A stretch of 64,000 nucleotides of DNA from Macrostomum hystrix (lineage: Eukaryota > Animalia > Platyhelminthes). The stretch is from assembly GCA_950097015.1 (NCBI GenBank), contig CATNEN010000014.1, forward strand, positions 434,001 to 498,000, in the 5' to 3' direction. The position numbers and the translations under genes were made by a program. Positions 16,034 through 28,832 of the stretch are shown here, in pieces (the stretch's first letter is position 1; every line of letters starts with the position of its first letter). Under the pieces are notes generated by a model that saw only the letters and a list, made by a program, of their open reading frames with translations, had not been told where the DNA came from and did no database searches.

Positions 16034-16922
16034 TTTGCAATTACGTAAAAACTAGCTGAGAATCAAATCAGGACTAAAATCTACCATTTACTGAAAATTG
16101 CTATTCAAAAAGACTATCAGGTTTGCAATTAAGTAAAAACTAGCTGAGAATCAAATCAGGACTAAAATCTACCATTTACTGAAAATTGCTATTCAAAAAG
16201 ACTATCATGTTTGCAATTAAGTAAAAACTAGCTGAGAATCAAATCATGACTAAAATCTACCATTTACTGAAAATTGCTATTCAAAAAGACTATCAGGTTT
16301 GCAATTACGTAAAAACTAGCTGAGAATCAAATCAGGACTAAAATCTACCATTTACTGAAAATTGCTATTCAAAAAGACTATCAGGTTTGCAATTACGTAA
16401 AAACTAGCTGAGAATCAAATCAGGACTAAAATCTACCATTTACTGAAAATTGCTATTCAAAAAGACTATCAGGTTTGCAATTAAGTAAAAACTAGCTGAG
16501 AATCAAATCAGGACTAAAATCTACCATTTACTGAAAATTGCTATTCAAAAAGACTATCAGGTTTGCAATTACGTAAAAACTAGCTGAGAATCAAATCAGG
16601 ACTAAAATCTACCATTTACTGAAAATTGCTATTCAAAAAGACTATCAGGTTTGCAATTAAGTAAAAACTAGCTGAGAATCAAATCAGGACTAAAATCTAC
16701 CATTTACTGAAAATTGCTATTCAAAAAGACTATCATGTTTGCAATTAAGTAAAAACTAGCTGAGAATCAAATCAGGACTAAAATCTACCATTTACTGAAA
16801 ATTGCTATTCAAAAAGACTATCAGGTTTGCAATTACGTAAAAACTAGCTGAGAATCAAATCAGGACTAAAATCTACCATTTACTGAAAATTGCTATTCAA
16901 AAAGACTATCATGTTTGCAATT
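16034..16922. repeat. 88-bp AT-rich tandem repeat, about 10 copies
   Basis: TTTGCAATT recurs every 88 nt from 16034. Confidence 0.96.
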
Positions 16923-17243
16923 CGGTATTCATGAAATCGAATTGACAGCTAAGCAAAACACGACGCAAAGCAATTGATGCCTTTCAATGATAACTAATAA
17001 ATTGGCAATAATTTTGGAATTCAAGAGAGATTTCTGAAGCATAAAATGTAAAATAAATAAGATAACGCATTTGTAACAACTGCAGAATAAAAAATATCTC
17101 AAATAAAAAGTTAAAATTGTGCAGCTAAATATATTAACTGCGAATTAAACGTCCTAGTCTGCTAAACTGGCAGCATAGTCAGCTATAAAAAGACGAATTA
17201 GCAGACTAGCTTTTAGAGTACACCGTGATCGAGCTGGCGATCA

Positions 17244-19382
17244 TTACCACACAATGAACGAAGACTCGCCAGAGGCAGTGACCCGGCGAGCCATGAGCCG
17301 GCAGGCTTGGGAGTCAGCCGCATCGCCGGGTCGGTGCGTCAAGGGCGAGCAGCAGGATGGTACATCAGGTGGAAGCAGCTTCCGCTCCCAAGGTAGCACG
17401 AACGGATTTCGGTTGAGATCGGTGGCCGGGAGAAAGGAAAGAGCAGAAGAGGCGGGAACTGCGGGCCCAGTAAACACTGCGGCGGACAAGTCTGTTCCTG
17501 AGCTGATTTCCGCAATGCAAGAATTCACGCGCCTGATGGAAGCCACCGACTGTCCGCCTGAGGTAACAGGCAGCATGAGCTTGCGCCGCTTTACCCCATA
17601 CCTGCCACGGTAAACAATGCTGGCAGTTTTGAACACAGGCCTTGGAGTCCAGCACAGGTAATTCGGATTGTTGCATCCGGACTCAACAGGAGTCACTGAG
17701 CCAGTACTGAGATCGGCGGGCGAGTTAGTCAGTGACTGAAGGCTGCCACCGCTACTGCTGCTGTTGCTGCTGCTACTAGTTGTGGTGGAGAGACTGCTGC
17801 TGACACAGGATGGCAGCAGACTGGGAGCATTTGCTGTTGTCTGCTTAGACAGTGGCGTAGCGGAAAAGCACTTGGCTTTCTTAGTCTGATCGCTGATGTT
17901 AGCCGCATGTAACCTTTGAATGTGCCGCTTCAATGAAGATGTGCTAGAAAAAATGCCGCTGCAGATTTCGCATTCTTTTTGTCTTTTTTTAATTGAAACT
18001 GGCGCAGACTTGCCTTTGACAGTCTTTTTAGACGCTTTAACAGGGGATACTACTGATTTAGTCACTTTTGACTTCTTGGGCATTGTCTTCTCAGTGTCAG
18101 AGGTCAAAAATGTACGCGCACCTTTGGTACTAGAACTGGGATTAACTTTAGACTTGAGAAGAAACTCATTGAAGTCAATCTCGACTTTTTGATTTAACTC
18201 AGTAGACTGGGAGTTTGATTGTGTACGATCGACAGTATCATTAGCTTGTCTATGTTTGACTTTGCTTGGTATGTTTGGCTTGTTAGACCTGCGCTGCGGC
18301 TTGTTCGGTCTACCAGCTTTGGGAGGTTCAGATGAAATATTGCCAACCTGAAGCTTCCTGTGAGCAATAGACTGCCTGTTACCTTTAATCTTTGATACAT
18401 CAGAATGATTCCTTCTATTGTGTCTGTAGAGCGATGATCGAGTGGCGAAGGAGCGCTTGCATGGAAAGCAGAACTTTTCCTTGCTGATACCAGGCTTTTC
18501 TGCTTTTGTTTTGAATACAGAGCCCACCAATTTTGTTTTGGCCTCCGAAAAAGCAGGGTTGGACCCATTGCAGAATGACGCAGATGCAGAAGTGCTTGAA
18601 GAAGGTGCAACAGTCTTAGCAGCAGCTACAATTAAACTGCGACTGCCTTGAAGACGGCAACTTTGCTTAAGATGCCGAGCTAGACTTATCTTGTGACGAT
18701 AGGACTTGCAGCAGTGATTGCAAGTGAAAACCGGTTCATTTGATTCACCTGCTTCAGCTACCTTGCCATCCTTTAGAGCATCTATAGCTTCTGTGAATTG
18801 GACTTTAGAAGGTGCGGCACACTGGCCAGGCTGGTCCGAACATGCCACGGCAGCTCCATCAGCTTGGCTTTTCTTATCTGCACTGCTGTCTGGCATGGCT
18901 TTGCAAAGCTTTGTCAAGCGGCGCCTGTTAGCAGTCCTACTGCCTGTGCCTTTGCTGCTAGCTGGCTCTTCAGCTGTGACTTCAATAAGTCCTTGCAAGA
19001 ACTTTGCAGCCGGTGACAGTGCCTTCTGCCTTTTTGACTTGCACACGGCCGGTCTAGAAGTTCCCTGTCTATCATGACAGGTGAGGTGACTGCTCAGGCA
19101 CTGGCTGCTGCGGAACACCGTCCGGCACAGGCGGCAGCTGTAGCTCCGCTTCGTAGAATTAGTCAGCTTGGAATTCACCCTTCTGTGAAGCTGGTCTCTG
19201 ACCTTCGGCAACTTGGCTAGCATTGAAGTGTATTTTGTGTGGGGCGCTGAAATCGGTCCAGCATGCCGAGCATAAACCTTTATTCGCAACGGCGACAAGG
19301 CTGAAATTGTAGAGCAAAATGCAATGGCACCTTTATCAACAGAGTAAGCTGTATTTTTCTCCGAAAATGATTTCAAGCACAA
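17244..19382 (-). CDS. Protein with four dispersed C2H2/C2HC zinc fingers; start uncertain (first ATG at 19223)
   Basis: Uninterrupted 2.1-kb ORF with CRLC...HLTCH, CNHC...HLKQSC, CFPC...HNRRNH and CEIC...HIQRLH. Confidence 0.8.
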   Translation of the reverse strand: MCLKSFSEKNTAYSVDKGAIAFCSTISALSPLRIKVYARHAGPISAPHTKYTSMLAKLPKVRDQLHRRVNSKLTNSTKRSYSCRLCRTVFRSSQCLSSHLTCHDRQGTSRPAVCKSKRQKALSPAAKFLQGLIEVTAEEPASSKGTGSRTANRRRLTKLCKAMPDSSADKKSQADGAAVACSDQPGQCAAPSKVQFTEAIDALKDGKVAEAGESNEPVFTCNHCCKSYRHKISLARHLKQSCRLQGSRSLIVAAAKTVAPSSSTSASASFCNGSNPAFSEAKTKLVGSVFKTKAEKPGISKEKFCFPCKRSFATRSSLYRHNRRNHSDVSKIKGNRQSIAHRKLQVGNISSEPPKAGRPNKPQRRSNKPNIPSKVKHRQANDTVDRTQSNSQSTELNQKVEIDFNEFLLKSKVNPSSSTKGARTFLTSDTEKTMPKKSKVTKSVVSPVKASKKTVKGKSAPVSIKKRQKECEICSGIFSSTSSLKRHIQRLHAANISDQTKKAKCFSATPLSKQTTANAPSLLPSCVSSSLSTTTSSSSNSSSSGGSLQSLTNSPADLSTGSVTPVESGCNNPNYLCWTPRPVFKTASIVYRGRYGVKRRKLMLPVTSGGQSVASIRRVNSCIAEISSGTDLSAAVFTGPAVPASSALSFLPATDLNRNPFVLPWERKLLPPDVPSCCSPLTHRPGDAADSQACRLMARRVTASGESSFIVW

Positions 19383-19842
19383 TTATGCACAAAGTGCCCA
19401 AAACCGATGTCTAAAATACTTAACCTGTCCTGTTCCTGTCGGGTAAATTAAGGACACTGCGGGGAAAGCCCGTTTTTTTCAATCGCAGGTGTGGAGGAAA
19501 GAGCAGCAGACCACGCGAGCGTGTCCCTGAATAATACATCAATAATTAAGATCCAGAAAGTGAAAATATATTCTGAGCAGCCTACAGATAAATTTCACTT
19601 TCGTACGCTAGTTGCTAATCACTTAAAAAAATAAGCAAAGACTTATGAAACAAATATTTTTTGATGATTTGTTAAACAGTCGACAACAGAAAACTGGTTT
19701 ATAGTCGAGTAGGCGGTGCTAGGAGGCGACTTGAGCATAGTGGGAACCAAAGTGGTAAAAAATCAGCAGCGAAAATAGCTAAATGCAACTGTCAGCCTCT
19801 TTCTCTGTGATCCCAAATCGAATAAGGCTAGCAGTCGCATGC

Positions 19843-20939
19843 TCAGGTATAAAGCGAACAGGTGTCCTCGGCACGGAGCTGCCTGCACAGCAGCCGCATG
19901 ACCTGCTGAGAGTTCTTTGGCCAGCTGGGCCGGCAGTAGCGCAGCGGCTCGCAGGTCAGGACAGGGGCAAACGCGGACATTGCCGCCAAGTCAGGGGCAA
20001 CGAGCTGGCGCCTAGGCACAGTGGTGGCGCAATCACAGCTGTCATCATCGACGTACGCGACGAAAGCGACGGCAGGGACGCGGCGCATCTGGCACACGCT
20101 AAGCAGTTGGGCGGGTAGCCCCGTCAGCAGGTTCGGCGGCTCGAGCTGCGGCACGGCCGCTGTACCAGCCGACCTGAGGGTTTGATTCATCGAATTCACC
20201 ATCGGCTTGAGTCACTATCGCTGCCACATGGCTGGGATAACGCCTCAACTCACCTGCCCTGTCCCAGCATGGCGCTGGTGCGCAGGCAGCGCAGCAGGGG
20301 GCCGGTCAGCGAAGAGGCTGGCTCTGCCGATTGAAAACTGGAAAGCGGCTGCGTGCCCAACACAGCCAGGTCGAGTGACTCTGCGTCCAGCACCGACAGT
20401 AGCAGCTCGGTGAACTCATGACAGTCGGCTGGCGCAACCGGAGCTGCAGCGTGGCAGATCAGCACCTGCGGAGCAAGGCGGCTAAATAGCAGAATGAGCC
20501 AAGCCACACAGCAACCAGCCGAGCTGCATAGCAACCAGCTTACCTGTGGGTTGCACTTTAGCCGATAAAAGAAACAGTTTAAGTCGCCGAGAGCGGTCTG
20601 TCCGAGACTGTTAGCCAGGCCGGCATCAGGGAAGCCGCAGCTGATAAGACCCAGAATCTCGCCATCATCGCCCTGCACGTGGGCAGTGAGGAATCCACAG
20701 GCAGCGGGTCCGACACCAACAATAAGGGTGCTGCAGTTGAGCGCACCACGGTCGCTGGCTGCTATCTCCTGACGAGCGTCAGGACCGAGCCGCAACACAC
20801 AAGTCCCAGCGGCAACTGGGCCACTACAGGCGCGGCCGCCGCAGTCCTCATCGTCGGCCTCCCAGTCCGAGTCCTCCGAGTCGTCCACGGCGCGAGAGAA
20901 CTCGGGCAGCCGTTTGGGAAACGGACTATCAGCTGCCAT
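19843..20939 (-). CDS. PSMG1: Proteasome assembly chaperone 1, 312 aa; exons 20544-20939, 20254-20465, 19843-20173
   Basis: Acidic N-terminal patch, PQLEPPNLLTGLPAQLLSVCQMRRVPAVAF (PAC1-like) and C-terminal LYT. Two short GT-AG introns in consistent phase. Confidence 0.8.
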
Positions 20940-21411
20940 GGTGATTTACCGGCTGTGGAATTTAATTGCAGATCGAGTTTTTCTAGCAATTAACAACATA
21001 GATCTGGAATCGTCCCTTTGCAGCACACACACAATGACTGCTGCCTCTTGCCATTATTAATGGCAGACACCTTGGCCATGCAAATATATCGGCACTAACC
21101 TAATTTCAGAGTATCAATTATGTATCTTAATGTTGGAATTAGTATATACTCATCCCTTGTCATCCAAGTCATCCCTTGGCAAGGGATAGGGCTAATGGGA
21201 GCTAGTGCTTTAGACAATGTTTACTATCACTTAATGTGAACATCACTTAATATATGCTTATGCTTGGAAAATGTTAATTACTACATGTTTGTTGTAAAGT
21301 TTTTTCATGTTTTTTGCCATATGCTGACATTAGCCTACATGTAATTAGATAGCATCGTAGAAATAAAAAATTTACTACAGCTAATAATCAGCAAGGCCAT
21401 GAAGAAACATA

Positions 21412-24197
21412 AAGCCCGATTAATTAATATTCATTTTAATAACCAAATAAATATTGCTCAATATTGGAAAAGCAGGCTTCGTGCCTGAGCCAAGTATAAG
21501 TCTACAACAACTGTATTCACTGATTGATCTGAAGAATGTACGTAAATTCACGGCCATGAGCTCATATACTCGTAGTTACCTGGTTTATATAAATAAAATA
21601 TAGATTAAATATAAATATTTAATCTAATTATTTACCATTATAACTATCTATATGAGATAGGCCTCGTTTTATTCCTAGAAATATTTTCCCGCGAAATTAG
21701 TATTTTGTTTGTTTAAATGCACCAAATTTGTTTAAATGCACCGATTTGTTTAAATGCACCGAAAATAAAATGTTTTAATAAAGTTGCAGAGGTGAGGAGG
21801 GGAGAAGAGATTTTTACTATAAATACATGAGCAGACTAAATCGAAAAACTAACTTGTACCACCTCGATTGGGAAAAGAGTTCAAAGTAAAGAAAAGCTTG
21901 AATCTTGAAGTGTTCGTGTTAAAGTTATTTGAGAAATAAAATTGTGAAAGAAAAGTAAATAGAGTGAAGAAAAAGCTATAAATCTAGATCCACTGGTAAA
22001 GCCCAGAAGACGGACTGAAGAGTAAATTGAAGGTTAACTGAATAACAATTGAAGAAGTGATAAAGACTGATAAAGACAGATAAAGACGGATAAAGACAGA
22101 TAAAGATGGATAAAGACTGATAAAGACAGATAAAGATTGATACAAAGTACTTATAGAAATAATACAGTAAAGTTATAAGTAGAAGGGAATATAGAGGAGA
22201 GATACCAGCCATATTGAAAGTATAACACTACCATATTGAATACATAAACGCTACCAATTGAATTTGAAATAAGAAAGTGTATAAAGCGAATAAAGTAAAG
22301 ACATTTATAAGATTGACATAAAGACAGTACTTGAATAAAGTGAATAAGAAAAGAAGCCTATAACAACTTTGGTGGCATATTAAATAATTATAAGTACAAC
22401 TTTAGTAACAGCAGTTGGATCGTTAATTTCCACCTGCAACAACTTTGGTGACATTCAGTGGAATCTTAAATATTATAAAATAGCCCTACAACAACTTTGG
22501 TGGCATCATTGGGATAAATACATAACAAATAAATTAGGCCTACAACATATATATAGTTATCCATATACCTGGATAGATAATGGTTATAGCCCTCTCTAAT
22601 TGGCCCTTGATTAAATCTAAGAGTTTGATTTACTAACTACTTCTTTTCTGGTATTCACTAGGCTGTAGGGCTAGCTAGCTGGCTCAGGAGTTTTGACGAC
22701 TCCTGAGCACACACACACACACAGATACTGTATGCAAGCATATGCTGACACCCATATTCAGGAAGGTGGCAGTTTGGTTGAAAAATTCTGGCACACAGAG
22801 ACAATTTTTTGGCACACATTGGCATACGACAGCACAAAACAATGCACAGTGGATGGACACAGGAGGACATCAGCACATGGCAGCAGGTGCCGCCGTCGCC
22901 ATGCCACATGCAGTGTTTACCATGAAAATATAAGTTGTTACTTGTTACAGTACACTATTAACTGTTCTATCTAGTGTGACATTGCATTCTTGCAAATTAA
23001 ACATTTGCATTTTCTCTTTTATATTAAATTTATAATAAAAAAGGTCTTTTATTGTTGCAAGGCAGGTAGTGACAGGCACAACAGCACACACGAGGGTTTA
23101 TGTACCAGCGCACTGTGCACACAAGGGTTTTTGTGTCTGTGCATGGCACACAATTTTGGGAGAGACAAAAATTTGCTCCAGCGCACACTCTGCCACCTTC
23201 CTGACTATGGGCTGACACAAGTGTGTACATCTGCCCAGACTTTCTCATTGTGCCTTAAAGGTAGGCCCTCACAGGGTGTAAATTTCTCAAATAAATGTGG
23301 CCCCATCATGAAATCAAGATTATGGGCATTGGTGCAGAGGTAAATGTGTTATCACTCTGTCACCAACCCTATACCTCATTAGGCTACTGAATCACTCAAA
23401 GATTTAGGTTGGAAGTATTTTTGCTTTGTATGAGTTTCATATCTTAGCCACAGAAAAATTAAATATTAACACATAAATATAGAAAATATTGACACGTTGT
23501 GATTATCTATTTCATTATACAACTCTGTTTCTGTTTTTCTACTTATTTAATGATTATGATTGTGTAGTGCTGTTTGCTTTAAAGTTTAAAGTTGCACTTT
23601 ATTGCAGAAATACATAGCTAGGACTAGGTCCACATAGATATTTATTGAAGGCCTAGTTTTGAGGATAGCGTTTAGAAGTGACGTAAACCATGTAGGATCT
23701 CGTGCAGGATAAGTTATAAGTTTTAAGTTATAAGACGACTTATTGTCATTTGTCATAGATCCATACAGTTCTAAGGAAATCTAATTTGAAATCACAATAT
23801 TCTTTTAAACAAAAAGAAAGTTGGCATCAAGCATTTAAAACTAAAATGATTTATTTGCTTTATTACAGAATGAATATTTCGCTTAATTTAATAATTTCTG
23901 GTACAATAAATAAAAGCTCGCTTCTTTCTATTTAAGTTCTGAGTAATTCGCGACATCGGGAAAGCGCAGCTTTTTCTATTCTAGACAATTCTTTACATTT
24001 TTTCATTTTAAGACCCCGAGTGGCGGGGTACGGCTAACTATATGAGCTCGTGGCCGTGAATTTACGTACATTCATTCAGATCAATCAGTGAATACAGTTG
24101 TTGTAGACTTAAACGTGGCTCAGGCACGAAGCCTGCTTTTCCAATATTGAGCGATATTTATTTGGTTATCAAAACGAATATTAATTTATCGGGACTG
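21412..24197. mobile_element. Decayed non-autonomous DNA transposon-like element with ~160-bp imperfect terminal inverted repeats
   Basis: 21412-21568 is the reverse complement of 24039-24197 with scattered mismatches. The right end ATCGGGACTG suggests a CAGT (Tc1/mariner-like) terminus. No transposase ORF. Confidence 0.5.
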
Positions 24198-25739
24198 TTC
24201 AAATTAAAATTTGTACGAAAGAGTGAAAACGAGCATTGACGAAAAATATAAAAAGCGAATTTATTATAGTAAAATTACGAGACACGATGGAGCATTAGCA
24301 GCAAAAGCGTAGTTTATTGCATAAAATTATTGCATAAAATTAGCATTAAATACAATAAACATAATAAATAAAATTATTTTGCGCAAAAGAAGGAACTATG
24401 AAAGGATCAGCGCAGGAACGGTTAAAAAGGCAGAAGGAAAACAACAAAGAAACAGGAAAACAATAAAAAAACAAAAAGAAAGAAAGAAAGAAGACAATCA
24501 GAATAGGACAGACCAGGGGAAAGAGAGAAAGCAGCTGAAGGAGAAAAAGTATGACGACAAGAAAAGTAAAAGAGAAGGGAATCACAAGAACAGAAAAGCG
24601 AATGGGGAGAGAGAGGAGGAATGGAGGAGAAAAAGGACAGCACAAGGGAGGGAGCGAGGAACAGACAGGGTACCACCAGGAGAGAGTACCACGAAAGTTA
24701 GCAAACGTTAAATTTCCGAGCGAAACATTTTAACAAAAAATGATACTGCTCAAACCCAGTGCGCAGTTTTTATTTTATATTCTAGTTTGTCCAGCGCCGT
24801 CATTTTGGCTTTGTTTTTTCTTGTATCATTAATGAAAAAGTGCTCACAGAGCCATTATTTATTTACATGCCTATAAATATGTATACCGGTACTAACGGAG
24901 CTTACTTTTCTGGTCTGTTATTTCGAGTCTCCAAAAAATTGAGACTAGCATCAACGCCACAGGACAACTGAAGTAGCTATATAGACCATGTTTCTTTTTA
25001 CGCCTTAGATTTTTAATGCATACATTTCTTAATATATAAATGAGCGCTGTTGTGTGGAGAAAACAAATGAAAAAATAAAACTGCACTAATCATGACTGCG
25101 CCCAAAATATTAAAGTCTCAGGCGACTCTGGAAGCGAATAAATTGCGTTCAAGCTAACTCGGCTCTAGATCTACCCAGGCTTCTCGCAGAAAAGTTTCCC
25201 ATTGAGCTTTGCCCACGAAACCATCCGAGAAAATCAATCAATCAGCAACAATTGAACGATGTTGCAAGAGCTCCAAATTTAATTTAAGTACGAGCAAGCA
25301 GGGCTCAAGCGGTGCTCAAAGGTTTTATTAGGGCTGTAATAGATTACTCAAAGGTATAGTATAGAAAAGAAAATTAAAAACTAAAAAATAGAAGTACTGG
25401 AAATTGCACAAAACTTGTTGCAAGCACATGCAGGCTTTAATTTCATGTCAATTGCTTCTAAACATGGATGAGCTGTCAGGATCTTGCTTTGGCCACAGCA
25501 AAATTTACTTTAATACGTGCGATTCATTTTCGCAAATTGATTGTATAACATATTGAAGGCATGTTCTACTCTTGCTAAGGTATAAAAAAGCTAAAAAATC
25601 AGATTCGGGATCTGTGCGGGTCAACAAATTTCTCCTAAAGTCTGTCAGTTGCAGAAATTTGGAGAAAAAAGAGAAAATGAAGACTAAACACTCGGATGAG
25701 ATCCTCAATCCGCTCCTCCACCAACCCCCAAATCGCAGT

Positions 25740-25979
25740 CTAGCTTCTCCTCCTTCTGTCCTTGCCCGACAGCTTCATGTAGGCGGTGATTCCAGCCCAG
25801 ATGAAGAAAAGGATAGAGTACAGAATGGGCAGCGTCACTCCCAGATGAAACCAGGGGTTGAAGTCGCCGGTGTCGTAGTGAATGTACAGGTCCGGCTTCG
25901 TCTGGCCCATCTGGTAGGTGACGCCGCGCACGGGGCCGAGCAGTGAGCCGAGCAGCAGTAGACAAATCAGCGAGCGCAT
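25740..25979 (-). CDS. 79-aa small protein with predicted signal peptide, one TM helix and a basic tail
   Basis: MRSLICLLLLGSLLGPVRG signal-like segment, hydrophobic LGVTLPILYSILFFIWAGITAYM, KDRRRRS tail. GC-rich coding-like composition. Confidence 0.6.
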   Translation of the reverse strand: MRSLICLLLLGSLLGPVRGVTYQMGQTKPDLYIHYDTGDFNPWFHLGVTLPILYSILFFIWAGITAYMKLSGKDRRRRS

Positions 25980-26092
25980 GTCGACCAGTTTCTTTTGCCT
26001 GCGAGATGAGGTTGGTACCTATGAGCATACGAGCTTGTGGGTTGCAACGATTGAGGCAAATGATCCTATCTAACTTGCCCGCGGAGCGCAAG

Positions 26093-26780
26093 GGAGCAGC
26101 CTGAAGGAACGGAAGAAATGGGGAACCACGCACACCTAGAGCAGCCCTGAAGGAATGGAAGAAATGGGGAACCGCGCACTCCTAGAGCAGCCCTGAAGGA
26201 ATGGAAGAAATGGGGAACCGCGCACTCCTAGAGCAGCCCTGAAGGAATGGAAGAAATGGGGAACCGCGCACACCTAGAGCAGCCCTGAAGGAATGGAAGA
26301 AATGGGGAACCGCGCACACCTAGAGCAGCCCTGAAGGAATGGAAGAAATGGGGAACCGCGCACTCCTAGAGCAGCCCTGAAGGAATGGAAGAAATGGGGA
26401 ACCGCGCACACCTAGAGCAGCCCTGAAGGAATGGAAGAAATGGGGAACCGCGCACACCTAGAGCAGCCCTGAAGGAATGGAAGAAATGGGGAACCGCGCA
26501 CACCTAGAGCAGCCCTGAAGGAATGGAAGAAATGGGGAACCGCGCACACCTAGAGCAGCCCTGAAGGAATGGAAGAAATGGGGAACCGCGCACTCCTAGA
26601 GCAGCCCTGAAGGAATGGAAGAAATGGGGAACCGCGCACACCTAGAGCAGCCCTGAAGGAATGGAAGAAATGGGGAACCGCGCACTCCTAGAGCAGCCCT
26701 GAAGGAATGGAAGAAATGGGGAACCGCGCACACCTAGAGCAGCCCTGAAGGAATGGAAGAAATGGGGAACCGCGCACACC
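26093..26780. repeat. 46-bp minisatellite, about 15 copies
   Basis: GAGCAGCCCTGAAGGAATGGAAGAAATGGGGAACCGCGCACACCTA repeated in tandem. Confidence 0.96.
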
Positions 26781-27720
26781 TGCTGACTAGCTTGCGGCTT
26801 AGAACATTGAAGCGTCAAAGGCTTCAAAAATAAGCCAACAGAATCTGCAGCAGACTTTTGGTAAGCTCGTATCCTACAAATAATGCTTGAAAGATTCAGT
26901 AGCATTGAAAGCAAGTGACAAGTCAAGGATGCTTTGCTACGAGTTGCCCCAGTGCAGAATTTTATATGCGAAAGCATCTGTACTCGCAGTACAATCGTAG
27001 CCTTCGAACAAAACTCATGACATGCCGAGTGCATACTGTGCAAAACAAGCATGATATTGTAAATGCAGTACCACATTAGTTAAGGTGAAAAAAAGTTCCA
27101 GGTTAATATTGCGAATGCACAAAGGTTCTCATGACTGACTTACTGAAGCTAGTGAGAAGCTGACAGGGCCTGCAGTTGGTGAAAATGTGCAAATTTCAGT
27201 GGTAACTGCTGTGCTTTTACTCTTTCTACTTGGTGGAACGGCCAACAAGATTGCAAGACTGGAATTTAAACACACTCGTTTCTCTCTAAGCCCGCGAAGG
27301 CGCGCACAGACACCCCATCCGGTCCTCCTTGTGGCAGCACAGTCACCGCCAATGGAGGTTTAAACTAGAGGACGGCCAATAAGAAAGACTGAAAAATATT
27401 TCCTCAAGCCCTACTGCTCCTCCACTGCACAGCGCACCATTGGTTTTCACCCTTGTGCCTCTCTCCCCTGCCCGACCTCACCCTGGAAAATATTGGCCTC
27501 GAAAGTGTACAGGCATATGGCAAAACCTACCAGCGGAACACTGAATGTAGCAAAAGTGCGATTCCATAAGCAAAAATTGGTGTGGGGAGGTGCTCCAGTT
27601 GAGGTTGCATGCTTCAGAATTCCTGACGGAGGGGAGGCTCCTTAACCTAGAACTGGTCTGCGGCCTGGCTGAGCTCGTGGTTCTGATGTTTATATCTGCG
27701 TGGCCTCTGTTAATGCGTGG

Positions 27721-28832
27721 CAGCTGGGGGGTGGAGGAGCAGCTAGAACTTGCGTGTTGCTGCTGTGTGTGCGTGTGTGAGGCATCATGCCCAGCAGATA
27801 CAGCTGGGGGGTGGAGGAGCAGCTAGAACTTGCGTGTTGCTGCTGTGTGTGCGTGTGTGAGGCATCATGCCCAGCAGATTCAGCTGGGGGGTGGAGGAGC
27901 AGCTAGAACTTGCGTGTTGCTGCTGTGTGTGCGTGTGTGAGGCATCATGCCCAGCAGATACAGCTGGGTGGAGGAGCAGCTAGAACTTGCGGTGTTGCTG
28001 CTGTGTGTGCGTGTGTGAGGCATCATGCCCAGCAGATACAGCTGGGGGGTGGAGGAGCAGCTAGAACTTGCGTGTTGCTGCTGTGTGTGCGTGTGTGAGG
28101 CATCATGCCCAGCAGATTCAGCTGGGGGGTGGAGGAGCAGCTAGAACTTGCGTGTTGCTGCTGTGTGTGCGTGTGTGAGGCATCATGCCCAGCAGATTCA
28201 GCTGGGGGGTGGAGGAGCAGCTAGAACTTGCGTGTTGCTGCTGTGTGTGCGTGTGTGAGGCATCATGCCCAGCAGATACAGCTGGGTGGAGGAGCAGCTA
28301 GAACTTGCGGTGTTGCTGCTGTGTGTGCGTGTGTGAGGCATCATGCCCAGCAGATTCAGCTGGGGGGTGGAGGAGCAGCTAGAACTTGCGTGTTGCTGCT
28401 GTGTGTGCGTGTGTGAGGCATCATGCCCAGCAGATTCAGCTGGGGGGTGGAGGAGCAGCTAGAACTTGCGTGTTGCTGCTGTGTGTGCGTGTGTGAGGCA
28501 TCATGCCCAGCAGATTCAGCTGGGTGGAGGAGCAGCTAGAACTTGCGGTGTTGCTGCTGTGTGTGCGTGTGTGAGGCATCATGCCCAGCAGATACAGCTG
28601 GGTGGAGGAGCAGCTAGAACTTGCGGTGTTGCTGCTGTGTGTGCGTGTGTGAGGCATCATGCCCAGCAGATACAGCTGGGTGGAGGAGCAGCTAGAACTT
28701 GCGGTGTTGCTGCTGTGTGTGCGTGTGTGAGGCATCATGCCCAGCAGATACAGCTGGGTGGAGGAGCAGCTAGAACTTGCGTGTTGCTGCTGTGTGTGCG
28801 TGTGTGAGGCATCATGCCCAGCAGATACAGCT
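27721..28832. repeat. 78-81 bp minisatellite, about 14 copies
   Basis: Visible tandem array with variable G-run length. Confidence 0.96.

Noticed and set aside
24346-24733. Lys/Arg/Glu-rich and Phe/Leu-rich ORFs
   Set aside because: Purine-rich low-complexity tract; no domain or splice support.
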